Shown: piece by piece, positions 55,781 to 64,000 of the stretch
How positions within the stretch are numbered: the stretch's first letter is position 1
Layout of the letters: the number at the start of each line of letters is the position of its first letter
Translations under genes and position numbers: made by a program
From: Eledone cirrhosa
Taxonomy: Eukaryota
DNA: 64,000 bases
Reading direction: 5' to 3'
NCBI GenBank assembly: GCA_964016885.1
Contig: OZ024741.1
Span: 164,114,001 to 164,178,000 of the forward strand
Notes under the pieces: model-generated
What the model saw: only the letters and a program-made list of their open reading frames with translations
Told to the model about the DNA's origin: nothing
Database searches by the model: none

Positions 55781-58729
55781 ACTATTATTATAGTTGTTTT
55801 CTTAAGGCCCGATCGCTGGTGATGGTGGCGGTGGATAGTGGCAGTTGATGTTGTTGTTGTTGTTCCTCTTGATGTTCATTTCATTCTGATACTGCTGCAG
55901 ACAATGGTGTTGTTGCTGTTGTTGTTGTAGTAGTTGCTTCGACTGAGTGATATATATATATATATATACAGACACACACATACATATATATATATATACA
56001 CACACACATTCAACACAGAGAAAGGAGTTGGCAACAGGTCAGTCACCTTAGTCTAGATAGGGTAATGACTTGTGTAAATGTGGTGGTGGTGGTAGGGAGC
56101 GAGTGTAGACGTTATTGTGGTGGCGTCGGGCAGTGAGATGTATCTAGTTCATAGTTCACTTGTCCGTTTTCTTCTCTTATCAAAAGTTTGAATTTATAGC
56201 CATTTGCATTGGGAGGCAAGTAAATGTAAAATGTAAATAAAGATTGCTCGGGAAAATATATATATGGAATATTTGTGTAGCTTCCACAGCTTGTGTAGGG
56301 ACATTTCCCGAGTCCAGTGAGCAAAAATTTTGTTGTATTGAATGCATGAATGCAAAAATTAATCAAAACTTACCCCCATGAAAAACAGTGTGTTGTCCGA
56401 TAAATTATTGTAATTTGGGTCTCAATTTTCATGGATTATCAAACTTATAAATGGAAATCCGATTTGGTTGAGCAATTCATTTGGGGGCAAGTTTTCATTA
56501 CAATTGAAAAACGATCAAGTCATTTGAAATCAGGGTTATAGTTCAGTTTCTTGTCTTAGATATCCTGGGATTCTGTTTTGGTCAAGCTTGTATATGGATC
56601 TGTGCTAAGCAATTCAAGTTTTGTTCTCAGATTATCATTTCCTTGCTTCTTTAGTAAAAATACCTGTTAACTATTGAGAGTTAACCGTATAGGTCAGCCA
56701 CAGGCCAACCACACGAGTCCACAACAAAGTTGGACTACAAGTTTTCAGAGAATGTTATTAGTAAATATGTATATGAAGTGTAAGATATATTATTTATCTT
56801 TTATATATAGGGAGTGTGCTCAGTTGCAGTCAGTGTATGTACCTGAATCAGTTATCTTTTACAGCAGCTAGTACACACACACACGTTCTCTCCCTCGCGT
56901 TGTTTACAGCAGTTAGTACACACGTCTCTGTGTCTGTACAAGTAAATATCAGGGCATATAGGGCTGCATAAGTTATAAAAATATCTGGCACCCCATGCTC
57001 AACATTATCATCTGCTCCTCTCTTTAGATAATCCATTAATCTATTGTATTCGTCCACTCGCAATTGGTCTTGATTGTTCCTCAAGTATTGAAACTACACC
57101 CAACTACTTTCACATATGTATCAACTACAGTGTGCTGAAATAATTTGCCTGCCCTGTGTATCACACTAAATCCTCCTCTCTATGCTATACAGTATCTGTA
57201 ATATTCTTGCATTGCCAGTCTATTATGAACGTGGGTCCTACATTCCACTACATGCCATTATGCCACCCAAATTCACCATGTGGAAACAATAAAGGGTAGG
57301 TCATGGAGGTCTAAGTGGCATGAAGTGTATGGTATTTTCTGAGAAAGATGGTATTTAAGGTAGATGACAATATCTCTGTGTACAGGTGGTGCTCCATCTA
57401 TCCTCTCAAAAACAACAGCTATTTCATTGCTAGTTAATAAATTGTAGCGTCTCATAGCTGATCCTCTGGTAAAACTTAATTCACAGTTCTGTATGGGACG
57501 ATTTTCTCTTCTTGTTCTATGGCATGCATTGTATTGTACACTTCAGCATATTGATTACATTCATGCAACACCTCACTTATCATAGTCATTGTTTGTGGTG
57601 AGCAGTCATTATTTTGCGGTGCTTCCAATATGTGCTGCACAGCTTCATTTTCGTCAATAATATATAGCTGGCCATATTGTGGTGTATTTTCTGCAGGGTA
57701 CAAGGGTGTGGTATTGTAATATGTTTGACCCTGAATACGAGAGAATACGGGCCTCTGCCAGATTGTAAGGCAAGTTCAACACAAAATGAAACAAATGAAA
57801 ATACACAGTGGTAATTGCAGATGTTCGTGCGAAATATAACTGCTTCCTAGCCTCCTTCAAAGAGATTTCTAAGCTTTTCAGGGTATATATTCAATGAAGG
57901 CAACATAACTTTTCCCTTATTACAACAGTTATAATTTTCATTTCTAAATTTCAATGCTTCACAATGATCACACGAAACATTCATATCACCAATATCAAAT
58001 TCTTCTACATTGCCATTAATATTAATTGCTGGGCAATTTCTCCTACAATGCACATTATGCATTCTACTGTCTGGAATTGAGCAGTTCTTCAGCATTCATA
58101 TTTTCCATTCTAAGTCTATGTGCATCTCTCTGCTGCTCAATATAATGTGCACATTCATTCTTATCCATGTGATATCTCCTTTCTTGTTGCCTAAGCCGAT
58201 CACACTGTAAATGTAATGCACGTTCTTCTGGGACCATATTATCTCTTCTTTCTTGTTATCTGAGTCTTTGTTTCTCCAGATATTCTTGACGTCTATCTTC
58301 AACCATAGTTTCTTCTCTTCTGTTGTCTTAGTCTAGCTTGCTCTAAAACAACATGTCTCTGTTCTTCCTTTATTACCTCACACCTCTGTTGTTGTCGTTT
58401 TCTTTCTCTTTCTATTATTTCTTCCTGCTATTTGTGTCTGATCCTGGCTCTTTATCTGTGCACCCTTTCTGGAACAGCTTGTAACCGTCTTTCCTGGCAA
58501 GAAACAATAAATCCATTTTATTAAGGGCGTCTTTGTTCAAATAATAAATGCATGTAATAAATTCTTTAATATAGATATATTAAATACATGTATGAACTGG
58601 TAATTTAAGGGTAAATGTGTATTTGTATATATGTAGCAGTAATTTGATATTCTTTTCAACAGAGTTACTTTTACACTATCAAATCTTTCACTATATTAGA
58701 TTAACATAAACTTCTTGATTGGTCTAAAC

Positions 58730-59046
58730 CAGGGGCATGCAACAGGTGGCCCACGGGCCACAATCCGGCTCGCCAGACTAGTCAGAGTGGACTGCGATGA
58801 CCGTTTTTAATTTTTATCTTGTAGACTTATTTAGAATTTTTTTTCATAACTGTAATACAATTTTCTGTTAGTTGACCTATACTAAAGGGCTTCACTGATA
58901 GGGTTATGTGTGTTATAATTTCCCAGTTTCATATTATGGAAAGAAGTTGTGAATCTTTGAAATAGTGTTTAATAAATATTAATGGCCCTAATAGTTGTTC
59001 CAATGTTCAAAAGTGGCCCGCCAATGGAATATGTTGCACACCCTTG
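58730..59046. mobile_element. hAT (Charlie-like) MITE
   Basis: TIRs CAGGGGCATGCAAC / GTTGCACACCCTTG and TSD GTCTAAAC/GTCTAGAT. Confidence 0.75.
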
Positions 59047-60137
59047 GTCTAGATATACAAAATTTGGGGAAAATAAAACTATCGGTTTACGGTACTTCAA
59101 TTTTGTATTGTTTTATAAGATTCGTGATGTGAAATTATGTGTTGAAAATGTGTGTTTCTTAAACTTTAGGAGGATCATGTTGTCGATAAAAATACATGCA
59201 CCAGTTTAATTTCATTTCAAGTTTATTATCAATCAGGTAGCAAATCCCTTCCAGTTAGTTTAGTAAACAAAAAAAAATTTAGATTGCGAAGAAAGAATGG
59301 AATATAAAATAGGAAAATATAAAGAGAAACGAAAAAGAAACCGGTTTCTTTATTTTAATGTTTTTTTTTTTTTTGTTCTGATTTGTTTTGTTTTTCTATT
59401 AGGAACGGAATTTTATTTTATAGTTAAAGCATCAAGAGTTAGCTCCCCTACATTGTATGTATATTTTTGACTCTGCGAATTTCGATTTCTTGTTCCTATA
59501 TTTTGACTCGGCTAATTTCGAATTTTTGCTTCTTGCCCTAGGCCCAAAGCCCAATTACCCTCTCCCCTCACTTCTGCAATACCAGAGCTCTTGCCATCCC
59601 CACCCTTTCCCGTTCTTTTTCTTCTTTCTTTCTCTCTTATTTTTTCTATATTTCCCTATTCTCTCTTTCCTTTTGTTTCCCTTTTTTTCTTACTAAATAA
59701 GGTTTGTTTTTTGCTTTTGAATAAATTCATCTATCGGTTAAATATGTTTTATTAATAAAATTTTTTAAATATCGTAAACAACACCACAGATATTTAAAAA
59801 CTGAAAATGAAGAGAAGGGAAAGGGCTCTAGGGTCACAGAAGAATAGGGACGTGATGAACTCTAGGTCTAGGGTGCAGGGGTGTTGCGGCTGCACCCCAC
59901 TATCAAAACTTCAACTCCCACTGTCATCACCTCTATCTCTCTAGCCCTAGTCGTTTGCAACCAGAATAAACTAGACGTCTAGTTGTACAAATATTATCTA
60001 TGTAAGGACCTGTAACTCTGAATAAAGACACAAACATATATATATTTATATATTATACACATACACACACACACTCCCACATACAGACACACACGCGTAT
60101 GCATCCAAAAAATAAATCTGTCAAAATACCATGCGGA

Positions 60138-60169
<32 letters not shown>

Positions 60170-60216
60170 CACACACACAGACACACATTTATATGTATAT
60201 AGAAGAGAGGACAATA

Positions 60217-61062
60217 CTCTGATTCCATCGGGGAAATGGCCATGTTCGATATGTAGGAAAGGAACTGGCATAAATTCCATAAAATGTACACAATGCAGAT
60301 TTGGTACACAAGAGATGTAGTGGGATAGCAGGCAAACTAACAGGTAGGGAAAACTATGTATGCAGTAGATGTACAGGGCAGTTGGCAGTAGTAATCGCAG
60401 TGATAGACACTTTTTTCCAATGCAGGTGGGTTCTATAGAAGTGGTTGATAGCTTCCGGTACCTAGGTGATCAGATTAGCATGGGAGGTGGAGGGGGGGTT
60501 CCGAGGCCATAGTATCTAGAATAAGGATGGGTTGGTAGAAGTTTAGGGAGCTGCTTCCTCTGTTGACAAAGATGGGTTTCTCCCTGCGTACAAAAGGACG
60601 GTTATATGATGCCTGTGTGAGATACGCAATGCCGTATGGTAGTGAGTCATGGGCAGCAACTGCAGAAGATATGCGATGGCTGGAGAGAAATGAAGCAAGT
60701 ATGCTCCGTTGGATGTGCAATGTCAATGTGCGTGAACAACCAAGCATAGACGAGTTGAGAAAGAAACTGGGTATAAGAGGGATAAGTTGTGGTGTACAGG
60801 AGAGAAGGCTGAGATGGTATGGACATGTGATGCGCATGGAGGATGACTGCTGGGTAAAGAAGTGCCAAGAAATCCCAGTAGAAGGAAGACGCAGTAGAGG
60901 TAGACCACGAAAAACATGGGCGGAGGTGGTGAGAGCAGACCTCAGATCACTGAAACTCACCAAGGAGATGAGGAAGAACCGTGACAAGTGGATAGATGCT
61001 GTGCTGAATAGGACCCATCCCACCCTTGCAAGCAGGGAAAAGCGGACGTAAAATGATGATAA

Positions 61063-61066
<4 letters not shown>
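60217..61066 (+). mobile_element. RTE-clade LINE 3' fragment
   Basis: GKWPCSIC..CTQC, FRYLG, YGSESW, RRLRWYGHV and GRRSRGRPRKTW, with an (ATG)n tail. Confidence 0.85.
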
Positions 61067-61099
<33 letters not shown>

Positions 61100-61102
<3 letters not shown>

Positions 61103-63290
61103 GGGTGGGTTAAGATTCGAAAGTAAAAGGTTAAGAAAGGTTAAAGAGAGCAATTATATATAGAAAGAAGAAGTGTTCGATGCATTGTATAAAAAGAGTC
61201 AGTAAAGGAAATGAAGTCAATATGTGAATAATATAGGTGTAATACAAAATAAGTGTTTGAAGGTGTATCATGGATGTGATGAAAGTATGAGTTTGTGTTG
61301 GATATGAATCCAGGGTGGCTAGTATAAGAGAGAGTGTTCAAGGTGGATGAGTGTCCAAAATAGTGTTATGATTATACAACACGGAAAGTAGATGAGTTCT
61401 TATATGTGGGCTAAGTTTAAAAATTTCAGAATTTGAATTAAGACAAGTATTGGGAGATTTCAGATCATCTATTTGCCAGCGCCGTAGTTTTCTTTTTTTC
61501 CTGGTGTCGAAAGGAAGCGACATGTGCATAATATCTTTTTTTAAAAGTATCCTGGGTCATGCCCACATAATGTTCTTTGGTAGCAGGTTGGTTAGTGTTA
61601 ACAGGTCTTGTAGTTGCCTCATATACAACAGATTTAACGTTGCATTTGCCTTGTAAAGGACATTCACCTGCATTTCTGCATGAACATCCTGGGATTCCTC
61701 GGTCTGTTTTTCCGGTGGTGATTTGGGATTTCATAGGACTGCAAGAATAGCTAATCTCGACACAGTTTCTATTAAAAATTTTATTATATTAATGGTGATA
61801 GGGAAATGCTTATCTACTAATTCAAGGAACTTTCTACCCACATTAGTTTTAACTAAGGTGTGAACCTGATTAGTTTTCTTTTCCTATTATTATGTTTTAA
61901 AATATTAGTATGGTTAGAAATATATTTAATTTGTTCATTAAATCCGCTATTTTTAAGGGCTTTATTATAGTAAGGGGCTGCTTTATTAAATATTTCTTCA
62001 GAAGAAGAGAGGGTAGATATCCTATGGTTAATATTAGGGATGAAGTCTTTAAATACTATGGGGGGATGGCATGACTGTTTATTTATATATTTTAGATTTT
62101 CATTAGGTTTATGGTAAGGTTTAAAAGAAGCAGTAATTAAATCAAGATTAATATCAAGGAAATTGGCGTTGGTTAGATTTGTATCTATAGTAATTTTAAG
62201 GTTTAGATTAGAAAAAGTATTTTACGAAATGTGGTATGAGAGACTGCTAGTCCGTCTGGTGGTATGAGAGACTGCTAGTCCGTCATCTCAATATAAACAG
62301 ATAGTATGATTTGGGAATTTCTCTTTTAGTGTGTAGGAGGAATAAGCCAATTAAATCACATACATCGACACTATCAAAAGAATCCATTGAGACATCAAAA
62401 GGATTTTCTGGGTTTGATTTATTTACTCAGGTTTCATCTTTGGTAAAAAGTAAAGATTTTCTAACATGCAAAATTACATCCTCTTCTAGTTCCAATATAT
62501 TAGTATAATGTTTAGCAAATTCTAAAGCTTTGGTTAATAAGGAGTGAGTGATAGGTTAGAAGTCTACTATATCAAATTGAGTGAATCTAGACATATTTTT
62601 CTTTGGTATAGTATTAAACCATAAAACCACTGAAGATGTATTTAACCATTGATAAAGTTCTGTTTTACTTCTTATTTGTTTGATGATGTTTCTTAAGATT
62701 TTTTTTACTAGCAAAACCAATTTCTGATTTAGGAGGGTTAATAAGTCTACAACTAGGTCTGTTAATGAAATCTACTTTGTGGTCTTTCAGTGAAATATAG
62801 ACTTTACGTTTTGCTAGGCTTTCAGTTCTATTGTCTATTTTTAATTTACTTGTAATGTCTTTAGCTTCATTATTTATAGTGTTATAGGTATTATTTTTGG
62901 CTTTTTGATATTTGGTAGTCATACTATCAGTTAAGAGTTGGTTATGTAAATGGTTTATTTACTTCATATAAGATTTTAGGTTTTTTCGGAAAATACAAAC
63001 TTATTATTAGAAATATCATTAGCAATTTTAGTTTGAAAATTATTATTGTACTTACGAAATTTTAGTTGGTTGATCATATTAACTAAGTCTGATTCAAAAG
63101 GGGCCATATCCTTAACTCTTGGTGAGTATTTGCATGACTTGATGTCAAAGTAATCCTTTAAATTTATGCCGTCAAAAACCATAGCCTTCCATCTCATTCT
63201 TTGTACAACATTCTCAATCAACATTTTAGTGTAAGAAGCATTAGAGGCTGTCGGGATGTTTTTAATAGAGTAATCCATTTCATATATTTC
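61100..63290 (-). mobile_element. Near full-length decayed PLE (Naiad type)
   Basis: MDYSIKNIP..RMRWKA, SLKDHK..CRLINPPKSEIG, CSCRNAGECPLQGKC and YVGMT. Similar to the 24435-26330 element. Confidence 0.92.
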
Positions 63291-64000
63291 CATTATTAAA
63301 CTTTTTCTTTTTATCGACATCAAAAGGATAAAAGGCATAGTTACCCCCAGCGGCATTTGATTTCAGTGCGCCAAAATGAATCCTGCAAAGCATAAGAAAA
63401 GAAATTTATTTCGTTAATTCAGAAGAAAGAATGTAATAAGAAATTATTTTTAAAAATACGGAAAAGGAAGAGACAGGCAATGGCTCTAGTGTCACAGAAG
63501 AGTGAGGATGGGGAGGGTTCTAGTCAACATTCTAACGATTCTGCCAATTCGTCGCTTGTACTAATATTACATCGCATCAAAATGTTAAAAACACTGAAAT
63601 ATTAAATATATAATTTTATAGTTTTGAAAGAAAACCATCTCAGGATACAACTGAATGGGGTTGTTTCCCTTTGTAGAATGACACCAAAACTGTTTAATCA
63701 TAACTTCTTTAACAAGGCATGTTTTTAATGAAAGTTTGCAGAAATATGTTTTCGAAAGTGTAGATTACGATTATTTTGGTGGATTTTTTTTTACCCCAAT
63801 TTACAATTATAGGAATCACATATGTTCCAGAAATCAAAACCTCGATGAGCAGTGTTTTAAACTTCTATTTATGCCAGTCTAGAATTCAAATTCTCCGTTT
63901 TTCTCTTGGATTTTCAATTAATATTTTACATGTTTTTTTAATAATATGCCACATTCTGTCGGACCCTTCCTGAAAACTAACCTTCTCCTAAAGTTACCCA

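Larger units (their letters stand above)
51547..58500 (-). mobile_element. Decayed Helitron interrupted by CRE, SINE and unassigned DNA
   Basis: N-terminus IGDMNVSCDHCEALKF..CCNKGKV, YGQLYIID and QLRVDEY at 56960-58100. Helicase GGCGKTY, ILDEASM, ILSPKN and EFLNSL at 51700-53050. Confidence 0.9.

Noticed and set aside
62230-62284. 27-bp tandem duplication in PLE RT
   Set aside because: A local decay event with no evident function.

Overview
AT-rich, microsatellite-saturated animal DNA made almost entirely of transposable elements, with no host gene I can support. The SINE families resemble those of octopodid cephalopods, but that is inference from recall. It holds at least 8 Penelope-like retroelement (PLE) copies. 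Most are of the Naiad type (YRDD RT, CxC-x4-CP-x4-C linker, GIY-YIG); one Neptune/Penelope-type copy has an uninterrupted 728-aa RT+GIY-YIG ORF. Other elements: two large decayed Helitrons and several non-autonomous Helitrons, three CRE-clade RLE retrotransposon pieces, a CR1-type LINE, an RTE LINE fragment, an internally deleted mariner, a hAT remnant, two hAT MITEs and tRNA-derived SINEs. There is also a 31-bp satellite and a 27-bp array of NRF1-like motifs. The main signal invisible to the ORF track is RNA structure: about 20 type I hammerhead ribozyme (HHR) motifs found by eye on both strands. They lie in PLE pseudo-LTRs, in ORF-less fold-back elements, and in an ORF-less 561-bp tandem array with three HHRs in register, a retrozyme-like unit predicted to release 561-nt, possibly circular, RNAs. 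All coordinates and folds were read manually and may be off by a few bases.
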